From the IMG/VR virus record IMGVR_UViG_3300023176_004604, positions 1 to 28,898 of that record: DNA of 28,898 nt; one strand, 5' to 3'. This DNA comes from a virus. Its lineage: Duplodnaviria > Caudoviricetes. Below, piece by piece: positions 9,601 through 18,944 of the stretch. A program made the position numbers and the translations under genes. The notes below the pieces were generated by a model. It was not told where the DNA came from and did not search any database. It saw nothing but the letters and a program-made list of their open reading frames with translations. The first letter of the stretch is position 1; every line of letters begins with the position of its first letter.

Positions 9601-10392
9601 CGTGCCAGTGGAACAGGCAGCATAATCATTGACAATCTTACAATTGATGATGTAACAATTTCTAGCACAACAGATATTAACTTAGCAGCATCAAGCGGAC
9701 TTGTAAAAATTACAACAACTGGTGCTGTAAAATTACCTGTAGGCGATACGTCACAACGTCCAACAGAAACACCGGGTATAGTTAGATTCAATAGTCAACT
9801 TAATAGATTTGAAGGTTATGACGGAAGCGATTGGATACAATTAAACGGTGTTGTTGACTTAGACGGCGACACATCAATTACAGCAGAACTTACACAAGGT
9901 GCTAACGACAATATTATAAGATTTAATGTTTCTGGCACAACAGTTGCAGATTTAAATGCAACTAGACTGGCTGTGCCTAGACTAACCGTAGATGACATTG
10001 AAATAGATACAAATGTGATAACTACTGTTACAACAGACACAGACTTAGAACTTAGAGCACAAGGCGTGGGTGCAGTTTTATTAGAAAACTTTGCGTTTGA
10101 TAATAATACAATAACAAACACTGTTACTGATAGTATAACAGAATTTAGAAACAACGGTACAGGGTATGTTAAAATAGATGGCACAAACGGTTTTGTAATA
10201 CCAGTTGGTGATAACCTTAACAGACCAGATCCAGCATTTACTGAAATAGGTATGTTAAGATTTAACACGGCAGACGGAAGAGTCGAAGCATATGATGGAC
10301 TTCAATGGAGTTCAGTTGCTGGACAAACAGGTGCTATTACAACAATCGACGCAGGATACTTGGCTGTAGAAACAGTACTGATACTAGGATAA
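6661..10392 (+). CDS. Large tail-fibre/spike-like protein: beta-helix with inserted LamG/concanavalin-A-like domain (1243 aa)
   Basis: GAGGAG SD. Beta-helix entry IYVAENGDD..GTHPQDPVATLKHAL. LamG signature GDFTVEAWVY...WHHIALTR...LFVDG...LFIG...GNIDDFRV (about 8221-8760). Two LP.G...RP...G..RFN motifs. Ends VLILG. Confidence 0.85.
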   Translation: MAVGRISGPLLKANLLRDGVDLAFETDLLYLDVNNNRIGVNNSSPEYDLDVTGIVRAPTVEITSFADFNGVQFSGDTISTTNGTLTIGTGDNVVYQNKLDIDEITLENNVISTQNSNAAIEFRPNGTGKVEIHSNLSVQGNIYATGSITADGEITIGDANTDYIEFNAEVTSDIIPDADNTYSLGSDPDSGGAQWSAVYVNQFNATSVATTDLTVDGIDLALRPGSTIYVAENGDDTLTGTHPQDPVATLKHALTLATAGDTVYLFPGVYEEIFPLTIPVGVTVHGHSLRSVTIQPTAGTSTQDAFLLNGETTIEEVTITGFNFDVGNNTGYAFKYAPGFEVTTRSPYLRNITVITSGTVTTADDPRGFDAGDAGKGGYFDGSVATPNSNEVSILFHAVTFITPGVDAVTFTNGVRVEWLNCFTYFANRGVYCLDGVSGKSSVGKTALRVADVTGAFVAGETITYYDYDGVTVLGTSTIDSIDADGKIFVSGKVTGFETAEERLGKQIAANGDAQLDTSEKKFGTASLRLDGTGDYASVQPQNDFGFGTGDFTVEAWVYADAIPATDQNIFDFRASVDTDVAPVVYTNNGSIYYYTDSANRITGAAAITATTWHHIALTREGTNTKLFVDGTQVGSTYTDSNDYGSAKPLFIGAKHDGNDALAGNIDDFRVIKGEAEYTANFTAPTVNLYATPETVLLLRFNGTNASTDFEDEVVYAQDIRFSGGATATRFTLTDYTDFGAEVRMIGSASVYGNYGIWGNGPGVIVYAIGQNLAYIGNGKDVTNDPTTVIQANEVIELDSAKVRYNSVDHKGDFRVGDLFYVNQETGTVTFTTSNFNVAAGQGITFTDGANTTFIDGNQVDTGNLRLSGNTLESLSGTVNVAAASQEINLLDNVNITGNLDVTGNVTIGGDITIGDENTDAIEFIAGIDSDIIPAVNTAYTLGNASRIWKNLWANQIDIDDVRITNNYITTTASNADLELRASGTGSIIIDNLTIDDVTISSTTDINLAASSGLVKITTTGAVKLPVGDTSQRPTETPGIVRFNSQLNRFEGYDGSDWIQLNGVVDLDGDTSITAELTQGANDNIIRFNVSGTTVADLNATRLAVPRLTVDDIEIDTNVITTVTTDTDLELRAQGVGAVLLENFAFDNNTITNTVTDSITEFRNNGTGYVKIDGTNGFVIPVGDNLNRPDPAFTEIGMLRFNTADGRVEAYDGLQWSSVAGQTGAITTIDAGYLAVETVLILG

Positions 10393-10396
10393 CGAT

Positions 10397-10726
10397 ATGG
10401 CAACATTTTTTAGAAATAACGTAATAAAACAAATAGGGTTAAAGCCAGTTGAAATACTTGCTACAACTCCAGCAAACAGGGCAACAGTGATAGGACTAAG
10501 TTTAACTAACTTAACTACATCCTTTGTTTATTGCAGTGTTTTAATTCAAGATGATACAAGTGTAACTGGTTACTACCTGAAAGATACTTTGTTGCCAGCA
10601 AATACAAGTTTGCGTGTAGTATCAACAGGTGAAAAACTAATTGTTGCACCAGAAAATAAATTACTTATACAAGCAAGTGTTAACGATTCAATCGATGCTG
10701 TACTAAGTTACGTAGAGATTACATAA
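10397..10726 (+). CDS. Small beta-sandwich virion protein, paralogue 2 of 3 (109 aa)
   Basis: Starts 4 nt after the upstream stop. TVIGLSLTN...LPANTSL...GEKLIV...SYVEIT matches 1456..1833. Confidence 0.8.
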   Translation: MATFFRNNVIKQIGLKPVEILATTPANRATVIGLSLTNLTTSFVYCSVLIQDDTSVTGYYLKDTLLPANTSLRVVSTGEKLIVAPENKLLIQASVNDSIDAVLSYVEIT

Positions 10727-10736
10727 GGAAAATAAG

Positions 10737-11114
10737 ATGTCATATTATGTAGGTAATAGTCCACAAGATGTTGTAAACGGAATTATTAAGCGTTACTTCT
10801 ACGGAATGCGTAGAAATGATGACGGCGAATTGTTTTTGATTAGATCAGACCAGTTGCAAGGTGGCGAAGAACAAACTGTTACAATTAACGACTTGGGTAC
10901 AGCAGCAGAAAACTTTCCAGATTTTGAGGAAGGTATTGACTTTTTAGATGGCATCAACGAAGATCATGATTTCCTATACCCTAATTTGAGATATCCTCAA
11001 ATTAAGTGGGATGGTAGATCAGTTTTATATTATGTTGACACAGATGGACAACTTATTTTAAGAATTAGTGAAGGATATGAGTATCCTGAAAATATATCAG
11101 CAGAAGGATACTAA
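10737..11114 (+). CDS. Phage hypothetical protein (125 aa)
   Basis: TAAGGA SD, codon usage matches neighbours. Has two similar Y...DG[EQ]L hairpin-like segments (RYFYGMRRNDDGELF; YYVDTDGQLILRI). Confidence 0.75.
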   Translation: MSYYVGNSPQDVVNGIIKRYFYGMRRNDDGELFLIRSDQLQGGEEQTVTINDLGTAAENFPDFEEGIDFLDGINEDHDFLYPNLRYPQIKWDGRSVLYYVDTDGQLILRISEGYEYPENISAEGY

Positions 11115-11125
11115 GGGGATTATAA

Positions 11126-14100
11126 ATGGCAGAGTTTAATCTAGAACGATTTAAGTACAACTGGACCGGCGACTGGGTACCGTTCGTTAGTTATAAAAGA
11201 GATGATGTTGTACGTCACGGTGCAAAGTCATATGTTTGTATTGTAACACATACAGCTGACTCAGACTTTTACGTTGACTTAGACTTTATATTACCAGGCT
11301 CGGAACCACCTGTGCCTCAGCCAAAATGGAAAGTAATGACAGACGGTAAGTCAACTTTTGTAGGCGAATGGGGTCTAGGAATAGCTTATAGACTTGGTGA
11401 TGTAATATTATACGAAGGTACACTTTATTATTGTGTTGGCGCTCACGTATCTGCCGCGTTTGGCGACGAAATAACAAACTGGAGTGTGCTAGGTATTGGA
11501 AACAAGTTTATTGGAGAATGGGCACAAAATACATACTACGGTCCAAATGCACTAGTAAAATATAACGGTATAGTTTACAAGTGTTTAGTAGGACATCAAA
11601 GCCAATCAAATCTAATTGGTATTGAGGATGAGTTTGGCGAAGATTCTGCAGGTAAGTGGGAAGTATTTTTAGATGGAGTACAGTTTGTAGGAAATTATGC
11701 AGGCGGTACACGTTATAGAAAGAATGATTTAGTAAAATACGGTAGCTCAATTTGGAGATGCACAGTTGGACATTCAGGCACTTCACCAATAGACACAAGA
11801 TTTTTTAATGTAGAATTTCCTGGACAAAATTCAGAAGGCAATTGGAACGCAGATAATCCTTATCAAGAAGGTGATTTAGTTAGAAGCGGTGGTAACTTAT
11901 ATCTTGCACTACAATCAAACACAGGACAAAAGCCTGATTTTGTTGATTCTGATCCAATATGGTTAAAAGTGTCACACTCAAATGCATTTAGAGGAGACTG
12001 GGAAGCTACAGCAACATATTCAACAGGTGATCTTGTTCGTAGAGGCGGCGAATTATATAGAGCTGTAAGAAACACGCTTAACGATGGTTCAACACTAGAT
12101 TATCTTGATGACAATGATTGGGAACGTGTTGTTCCTACGCAAAACTGGAAAGGTCCTTGGGACCAAGAACAAACTTACGGAAGAGGAGATATTATCAACT
12201 TCTTCGGTAACACATACTACTGTACACAAGAACACTATTCAACTGATAATAACTTTCCAGGAGATAACGGTAGCGGATTTGACTACTGGGATATCCTAAT
12301 AGAAGCAGGAAATGCAATCGGTATGAACAACAAAGGTGACTTGTTGACATACAATTTATCTCGTAGATTACAAGGTGACGGATCAACATTTGATGTAACA
12401 AATGTTCCTATTGGTGAACCAACACAAATACTTATGGTTGACGATAATGAAACAATTGGTTACGAAGAATACACCAAAGGTGAACGTCAGCTATATGTTT
12501 CACTAAACGGTATAGATGATGACTCAGATCCACTAAGAGGTTCTATACATTTTCCTTTTAGAACTGTAAGATATGCTTGTGAATACGCTGATACAAACTT
12601 TAATGGTAACTTATGTAAAATTTTCGTATCAACAGGTAAGTTTGACGAAACACTTCCGATTACAATTCCAAAAAATACTGCGGTAATGGGAGACGAATTA
12701 AGATCTACTACAATTAATGCAAAACCTGCAGATCCAGAACTTGCTGTTGATGTTGAATACAGAAAGGCAGTTATTGCTAGACTAAGAACTATAATGTCAG
12801 ACTTATTAACTAATAATCCTTTTGAAGTAACAGAAGGAAATACAGTTCCTGCAGATGTAACGTTCCCTGCAAGTGATGCAAACACTATCAATAATGTACA
12901 AGTTTTGTTAGATACTTACACAGATTATCTTGACTTTAATATTAACGGTACAGGTACAGTAGCAGACACAGAAGGTGATAACGCAGCTTCTACAGACACA
13001 GCAGTTATATACGCTAGAGATATTTTGCGTGTAAACAGACCTTTTATTATTGCAGAAGCAAGAGCATATTTAGACACTGTTTACAGAGCAGATGTAAGTA
13101 GTTCTAACGGAGCAGAAAATTGGCTAGTTGGTGCAACTGGTAACCTAACAGTTGGTTTACCTATTAAATTTACTGATACAATCGGTGGACTAGAAGCAAA
13201 CAAAAGATATTATGTACAAGATATTATTGATAACATTACATTTAAAGTATCTTTAACAGCTGGCGGCGATCCAGTAAACTTAACAAGCGAAGTTAAAACT
13301 GTACAACAATACTATGATTACAAAACTTCACAAGTTAATGCAGATATGATTGAACTTGTAGAAGGTTTGAGATATGATATATTATATCCAGGAAACTACA
13401 AAACAAAACTTGCAGCGAGACACTATACAAATGATGTAATTGGTAGCCAGCTAGAAGACATGTTCTACTGTAGAGATGCAACAGGTGTAAGACAATGTAC
13501 AGTAACAGGTCTAAGCGGAGTTCTTAATCCTCCAGGTGTTTTTGAATTCTTCCAAAGACCTACAGCAGGCGCCTATACATCTTTAGATCCAGGTTGGGGA
13601 CCAAACGACGAACGCACATGGATTATGACACGTTCTCCTTATATACAAGGTGTAACAACAATTGGCACATCGTGTATTGGTATGAAAGTAGATGGAAGAC
13701 TGCACAACGGCGGTAACAGATCTATGGTTGCTAACGATTATACACAAGTACTAAGTGATGGTATCGGTGCGTGGATTGACTACAACGGTAGAGCAGAACT
13801 TGTTTCTGTGTTTACATATTATAACCAAGTTGGATATCTAGCAACTAACGGTGGCGTAATTAGAGCAACCAACGGTAACTGTTCATACGGAAGTTACGGT
13901 GCTGTTGCTGAAGGTATTGATCCAGACGAAGTACCAAGAACTGCTAAAGTGTTCAACAGAAATCAACAAGCATCTATTAGTTCTGTGTTTGCAGGCGAAG
14001 TTAGTGACTTTATTCTAAATCTAGAATACAACAATGCTGGTCAAGAATATACAGAAGCTACAGTTGCATTTACAGGCGCCGGAGCCCAAGCAAATGCTGT

Positions 14101-16888
14101 GTTTGAAGACTTTAGAGATGGTGGTCTGTTTGAATCAAGATTACTAACACCACCAGATTCTGGTAAAGCAGGCGGCAGCGGTTATACTCTAGAAGGTAAT
14201 AACGCCCAAACAGGTGATGCGCTAACTATTACACTTGCAACAGCAGACGACGGCACAGCAGAAGAATATGTTGGACAAAGATTGCTTATCACTTCAGGTG
14301 TTGGTACCGGACAATACGGTTATATTCAAGCGTATAACCCTGTTACAAAGATTGCAACAATATACAAAGAAAGCGACGACACACCAGGATGGGATCATGT
14401 TGTTGCAGGTTCAGATATTGCAGCACTTTTGATTACAAGTACAACCTATAGAATTGAACCAAGAATGACTGTAAGTCATCCAGGTTTTACTGCTACACAA
14501 AGATTCCTACCAGGAAACGGTAACTGGATAGATGTATGTTTTGGCGGTACAACTGAAAGTTACACAGACTTAGCAGGTGAGTTTGGATCAGGTGAAACAC
14601 TAGATGTTCCGCCAAGTGTAGCACGTTTCGACGTTGATAAAGTTGGTAAAACGTATGATGTACAGATTCGCAGCGGACAAGAAGGTGCAGGCTATGCAGT
14701 AGGTGATATTATTGAAATCAGCGGTGCATCAGTTGGCGGTGTGAGTCCTGATAATGACATTACAATCACAGTTACAGAAATATCAAATGATAGTACAAAC
14801 AGTATTGTAGCATTTACAAGCACAGGTGTAGGTACAGATGGTAGATTTATTACTGTTATGCAAACTAGCAACGAAGCAGCATATAGCAGCAACGGCGGCA
14901 CAAACTGGAATGCTGTTGAACTTCCTGATATTGGAGAATGGACAGCGTGTGCAGCAGGAAACAATAGATTTGTTGCTATACGTTCTGGATCTGCTAGAAT
15001 GGCATATAGTTTAGACGGTATTAACTGGACTAGAGGCTTTATGCCACAAAATAGAGATTGGATAGATGTAATTTATGCTAAAGGAAAATTCGTAGCAATT
15101 GCATCTAATTCAGAAGAATATGCAGTATCAGAAGATGGTATTAATTGGACTGAAAATGTTTTTCCAGACATTACAGGTGTTGGAGACTCAACAGCAACCC
15201 AATGGAAGGCAATTACATACGGTAAAAACAAGTTCTTAGTAATGTCTCAAGCAGACAATGTTATTGCTACTTCACCAACAGGCGGCACAGGAACTTGGAC
15301 AGTATACGAAAATGCATTGCCAACAATTACAGATTGGCAAAGTGTTGCCTACGGTAACAACAGATATGTTGCAATATCAAGGCAAAACAGCGAAGCGGCC
15401 TACAGTTTCGACGGCGAAACTTGGGTATCAGCAACAATGCCAAAGCAAGATGGATCTTCACATCATAACTGGTTAAAACTAAGATATGCACAAGGTGTAT
15501 TCTTTGCTGTAGGTGATACAGGCAACAGAAATGTTGGGCTAGATCCAACAGATGGCCCAACAACATTCTGTGCTACATCAGAAGATGGTATTCTTTGGAC
15601 AGGTAGAGATATTCCACAACCTAGACAAAATTATAGATCGTGTGGATTTGGATCTTACAACGGTGTAGGTAGATGGATACTTGTATCACAAAATGATATT
15701 GGTGACGGTGCTGCTGAAGTTTATACAGGATGTAGAGCAAAAGTAAGAGCTAACATCAACACTGGTGTGTTCAGCGAAGTTAAGATTTGGGATCCAGGCA
15801 GCGGCTATTCAGACGAAAATCCACCTGTGATTTCAATTGTAGACAACTTGTTCTCTGTAGAAGTACTATTACAAAATAGAATAGGCAACGGTGTACTTGC
15901 ACAGCCTAGCTTTGTATTTAGAGGCTTTGGTTATAGAACATCTAGCACAATAGGAACTATATCGGGCGATGGTTTTTCAGACGAATATCCAATTGGTGCA
16001 GACATTGTAGTAGACAACTTAGAAGTTTATCCAGGACCTGGAGCACAGTTTTTGTTTGCTACAATATTTGATTTAGATACCGACCAAGAAGACGATCTAA
16101 AGATTTACACTGTACAACAGATTACACCACTTGGGGCTGATGACAACGGTAAATTAAAAGCTGGTATTAAACTAACACCCGCAATTGAAAATTCAGATAA
16201 CTTAGAAAACGGTACTACAATAACAGTTCGTGAAAAATACTCACAGTGTCGTATTTCTGGACACGACTTCTTAGATGTAGGAACAGGTAACTTTGTTACT
16301 ACAAACTATCCAGATGTATATTCCGACGGTGCATACTTTGTTGCTGCACCAGAAAATGAAGTTATTGAAGAAAGCGGTGGTAGGGTATTCTATACAAGTA
16401 CTGACCAAGACGGTAACTTTAGAGCAGGTGAGCTGTTTAGCGTACAACAGGCTACTGGTATTGTTACTATTAGTGCTGAGTTCTTTGACTTAGATGGTCT
16501 AAGCGAACTTGCACTAGGCGGTGTTAGACTAGGTGGTTCAGGTGCTGTTGTTAGAGAATTTTCAACAGATCCAAACTTTACTGAAGATAGTAATAACGTT
16601 GTTCCGACTCAAAGAGCTATTGCAACGTTCTTACAAAACAGATTGAGCCAAGGTGGTAGTGCTCTTGAAACTGGTACAATTGTTGCAGGTGTTACAAGGA
16701 TTGGTAACAAAGGTACCGAGAATCAATATATTGACACAACTACAGGAATACAAATTGAATTACCAAGAAGAATGGTTATCGATAAAGGTTCAGAAATAAG
16801 CGGAACAATGGTGAAGCAAATGATTATTTTAGGAGAAGCTGGAAGTGACTTTAGTACAGACAATGACTTTAGTGACGGCAGTTTTTAA
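11126..16888 (+). CDS. Giant virion structural protein: 7 CBM5/12-like repeats, beta-helix, Asp-box beta-propeller (1920 aa)
   Basis: AAGGGG SD. Seven Wx5Yx3DxVxxGxxxYxCx3H repeats. Beta-helix entry LYVSLNG...PFRTVRYA...GDELR. S.DG..W Asp-box repeats. C-terminal GHDFLDVGTG, TDQDGNFRAG and EFSTD...VPTQRAI motifs shared with 18944..25213. Confidence 0.85.
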   Translation: MAEFNLERFKYNWTGDWVPFVSYKRDDVVRHGAKSYVCIVTHTADSDFYVDLDFILPGSEPPVPQPKWKVMTDGKSTFVGEWGLGIAYRLGDVILYEGTLYYCVGAHVSAAFGDEITNWSVLGIGNKFIGEWAQNTYYGPNALVKYNGIVYKCLVGHQSQSNLIGIEDEFGEDSAGKWEVFLDGVQFVGNYAGGTRYRKNDLVKYGSSIWRCTVGHSGTSPIDTRFFNVEFPGQNSEGNWNADNPYQEGDLVRSGGNLYLALQSNTGQKPDFVDSDPIWLKVSHSNAFRGDWEATATYSTGDLVRRGGELYRAVRNTLNDGSTLDYLDDNDWERVVPTQNWKGPWDQEQTYGRGDIINFFGNTYYCTQEHYSTDNNFPGDNGSGFDYWDILIEAGNAIGMNNKGDLLTYNLSRRLQGDGSTFDVTNVPIGEPTQILMVDDNETIGYEEYTKGERQLYVSLNGIDDDSDPLRGSIHFPFRTVRYACEYADTNFNGNLCKIFVSTGKFDETLPITIPKNTAVMGDELRSTTINAKPADPELAVDVEYRKAVIARLRTIMSDLLTNNPFEVTEGNTVPADVTFPASDANTINNVQVLLDTYTDYLDFNINGTGTVADTEGDNAASTDTAVIYARDILRVNRPFIIAEARAYLDTVYRADVSSSNGAENWLVGATGNLTVGLPIKFTDTIGGLEANKRYYVQDIIDNITFKVSLTAGGDPVNLTSEVKTVQQYYDYKTSQVNADMIELVEGLRYDILYPGNYKTKLAARHYTNDVIGSQLEDMFYCRDATGVRQCTVTGLSGVLNPPGVFEFFQRPTAGAYTSLDPGWGPNDERTWIMTRSPYIQGVTTIGTSCIGMKVDGRLHNGGNRSMVANDYTQVLSDGIGAWIDYNGRAELVSVFTYYNQVGYLATNGGVIRATNGNCSYGSYGAVAEGIDPDEVPRTAKVFNRNQQASISSVFAGEVSDFILNLEYNNAGQEYTEATVAFTGAGAQANAVFEDFRDGGLFESRLLTPPDSGKAGGSGYTLEGNNAQTGDALTITLATADDGTAEEYVGQRLLITSGVGTGQYGYIQAYNPVTKIATIYKESDDTPGWDHVVAGSDIAALLITSTTYRIEPRMTVSHPGFTATQRFLPGNGNWIDVCFGGTTESYTDLAGEFGSGETLDVPPSVARFDVDKVGKTYDVQIRSGQEGAGYAVGDIIEISGASVGGVSPDNDITITVTEISNDSTNSIVAFTSTGVGTDGRFITVMQTSNEAAYSSNGGTNWNAVELPDIGEWTACAAGNNRFVAIRSGSARMAYSLDGINWTRGFMPQNRDWIDVIYAKGKFVAIASNSEEYAVSEDGINWTENVFPDITGVGDSTATQWKAITYGKNKFLVMSQADNVIATSPTGGTGTWTVYENALPTITDWQSVAYGNNRYVAISRQNSEAAYSFDGETWVSATMPKQDGSSHHNWLKLRYAQGVFFAVGDTGNRNVGLDPTDGPTTFCATSEDGILWTGRDIPQPRQNYRSCGFGSYNGVGRWILVSQNDIGDGAAEVYTGCRAKVRANINTGVFSEVKIWDPGSGYSDENPPVISIVDNLFSVEVLLQNRIGNGVLAQPSFVFRGFGYRTSSTIGTISGDGFSDEYPIGADIVVDNLEVYPGPGAQFLFATIFDLDTDQEDDLKIYTVQQITPLGADDNGKLKAGIKLTPAIENSDNLENGTTITVREKYSQCRISGHDFLDVGTGNFVTTNYPDVYSDGAYFVAAPENEVIEESGGRVFYTSTDQDGNFRAGELFSVQQATGIVTISAEFFDLDGLSELALGGVRLGGSGAVVREFSTDPNFTEDSNNVVPTQRAIATFLQNRLSQGGSALETGTIVAGVTRIGNKGTENQYIDTTTGIQIELPRRMVIDKGSEISGTMVKQMIILGEAGSDFSTDNDFSDGSF
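11162..12290 (+). repeat. Seven tandem ~50-aa Trp/Tyr-rich CBM5/12 (ChtBD3)-like protein repeats
   Basis: Units such as WTGDWVPFVSYKRDDVVRHGAKSYVCIVTH and WKGPWDQEQTYGRGDIINFFGNTYYCTQEH. Boundaries approximate. Confidence 0.75.
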
Positions 16889-16914
16889 GGAAAAATGAGC
16901 AAAATATATATTAT

Positions 16915-16922
16915 GATAAATA
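16915..16922 (+). promoter_or_regulatory. Late promoter variant (GATAAATA)
   Basis: ATAAATA core, intergenic, 18 nt before the ATG at 16941, followed by a GGAG SD. Confidence 0.7.
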
Positions 16923-16940
16923 CTTTGAGCGGAGTAGAAA

Positions 16941-18944
16941 ATGGCAGAATTTAAACTAGGTAGAATTAGGTTTGTCTGGAAAAGTAACTGGACAGCTAGT
17001 ACAACGTATTACAAAGACGATGTAGTCTTTGTAGGCGGTAAAATGTACATTTGTGTAATTGGTCATGAAAGCCAATCAGACTTTTTTCTAGACTTTGATA
17101 TTACACCTCCAAAATGGAACATTGTAAGTGATGGTTTCCAGTGGAAAGGTGACTGGGCAGTAGACACTAGATACATTTTTAATGATATTGTTAAGTACGG
17201 TTCAAGACTTTATGTTTGTACAGCGATACATACATCAGCTGCAACAGAAACACTTGGACTTGAAGCAGACATTGGAAGTTGGGATGTATTCGGTGAAGGA
17301 TTAGATTTCAAAGGTGCTTGGTCAACTACAACAAGATATAAAGTTAATGACTTAGTTAGATATGGTGGATATGCATATGTTTGTAATACTGCTCATACTT
17401 CATCCGCAACAGACGCTCTAGGGCTTGAAGCAGATCAAAGCAAGTGGACTGCTTTAAATGCCGGTATTGAATATAAAGGCGCATGGCAAGGTTCTGCAAC
17501 TAGATATAAACTAAATGACGTTGTTAAGTACGGTGCAAGTCTTTGGATTTGCACAACCGCTCACTCAAGTACTAATAACTTTGCAACTGATGAAAGTAAC
17601 TGGACACAGTTTGTACAAGGTTTCCAGTTTGAAAACGATTGGGATACATACAAAATTTATCAGCCAGGCGATATTGTGCGCTACGGTGGTAATCAGTATG
17701 TAGCACTAGAAAACCACAGCGGCTCGCGTCCAACAGATACATTAGATGATCCAAATAACTGGCAGTTGTTTACTGAGAACTTTAGATTCTTAGGCGAATG
17801 GGGCGAAGATAGTTCTAACCAAGATTATAAACCAGGTGAAGTTGTAAGACACGGCGGTTATACATATTTGTGTATAGCAGACAGCAACAACAATGAGCCA
17901 CCAAATCCTACTTACTGGGAAAGATTAAATAGTGGTCTTAACTGGAAAGGTGCCTGGACAGATGACACACAATATATTCTAGGCGATGTTGTACGTTACG
18001 GTAGCAGCAGTTATGTTTGTGTGCAAGCGCACTTGTCAGAAGGTGATGACTATTCAACAATAGGCGCAGAAAACTCTCGTCCAGATCAAGACGCAACTGG
18101 TACATACTGGAACAGTTTAGCAGTTGGAACAGAAACAGAATTTTTAACAACCAAAGGTGACTTGGTTTACTACGGTGGTGCAGGTCCAACAAGATTGCCC
18201 GTTGGTAGTGAAGGACAAGTTCTACGTGTAAGCAGTGATAGTATTCCTGAATGGACATATTTAGGTGCTACAGACGATGTTTACTATGTTGCACCACACG
18301 GTATTGATAAACCAGCACCGGACGCAGGACGCACAATTGATAAGCCTTTTAAAACAATTAGATATGCATGTGAGCAAATTGAAAAAGGAACAAGAGTTCC
18401 AGCAGTTGCACGTATGCTAGAAATGAATAGACAGTTTATTACAAGAGAGATTGTAGAATGGACTGACTATCAAGTTACAAATAACATTGCACCGTTTACA
18501 ACAGCATTTACATATAACCAAGAAAAATGTGAAAGAGACATGGGTTATATTGTTGATGCATTTATATACGACTTAACACACGGTGGAAATGTAAAATCAA
18601 GAGAAGCAGCTCTACGTTATGTAAGAGATCCAGGCAAATTTTATGCACTAGGTCAAGAAGCAGAAACAGTTGCATCTATTAATTACGGTATTGGCCTAAT
18701 ACAAAAAGTACTAGCAGGCGAGGCACCTGCTGTAAATTATCAAACAACTAACGGTGATAATTCAACAGCAGTAGTAGCACAGTATTTTGACGTAAACTTT
18801 ACAGGGCTTGATACACTAGAATATAACGGAGCTGGCGGCTCCACAGGAACAGCATTGGGCGTTAATGCAAGTATCCAAGATCCAGATGCAACTGGAAGTG
18901 GTGGCTACGGCGGCGGCGACAATGACGGCGGAGGATACTACTAA
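16941..18944 (+). CDS. Virion structural protein, N-terminal part of the split paralogue of the 1920-aa protein (667 aa)
   Basis: MAEFKLGRIRFVW vs MAEFNLERFKYNW. Seven CBM5/12-like repeats, KGDL motif, YYVAPHG...PFKTIRYACE beta-helix entry, one KCERDMGY helical repeat and a Gly-rich tail. Confidence 0.85.
   Translation: MAEFKLGRIRFVWKSNWTASTTYYKDDVVFVGGKMYICVIGHESQSDFFLDFDITPPKWNIVSDGFQWKGDWAVDTRYIFNDIVKYGSRLYVCTAIHTSAATETLGLEADIGSWDVFGEGLDFKGAWSTTTRYKVNDLVRYGGYAYVCNTAHTSSATDALGLEADQSKWTALNAGIEYKGAWQGSATRYKLNDVVKYGASLWICTTAHSSTNNFATDESNWTQFVQGFQFENDWDTYKIYQPGDIVRYGGNQYVALENHSGSRPTDTLDDPNNWQLFTENFRFLGEWGEDSSNQDYKPGEVVRHGGYTYLCIADSNNNEPPNPTYWERLNSGLNWKGAWTDDTQYILGDVVRYGSSSYVCVQAHLSEGDDYSTIGAENSRPDQDATGTYWNSLAVGTETEFLTTKGDLVYYGGAGPTRLPVGSEGQVLRVSSDSIPEWTYLGATDDVYYVAPHGIDKPAPDAGRTIDKPFKTIRYACEQIEKGTRVPAVARMLEMNRQFITREIVEWTDYQVTNNIAPFTTAFTYNQEKCERDMGYIVDAFIYDLTHGGNVKSREAALRYVRDPGKFYALGQEAETVASINYGIGLIQKVLAGEAPAVNYQTTNGDNSTAVVAQYFDVNFTGLDTLEYNGAGGSTGTALGVNASIQDPDATGSGGYGGGDNDGGGYY
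16977..18110 (+). repeat. Seven tandem CBM5/12-like protein repeats
   Basis: Units such as WKGDWAVDTRYIFNDIVKYGSRLYVCTAIHTS and FKGAWSTTTRYKVNDLVRYGGYAYVCNTAHTS. Boundaries approximate. Confidence 0.75.
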
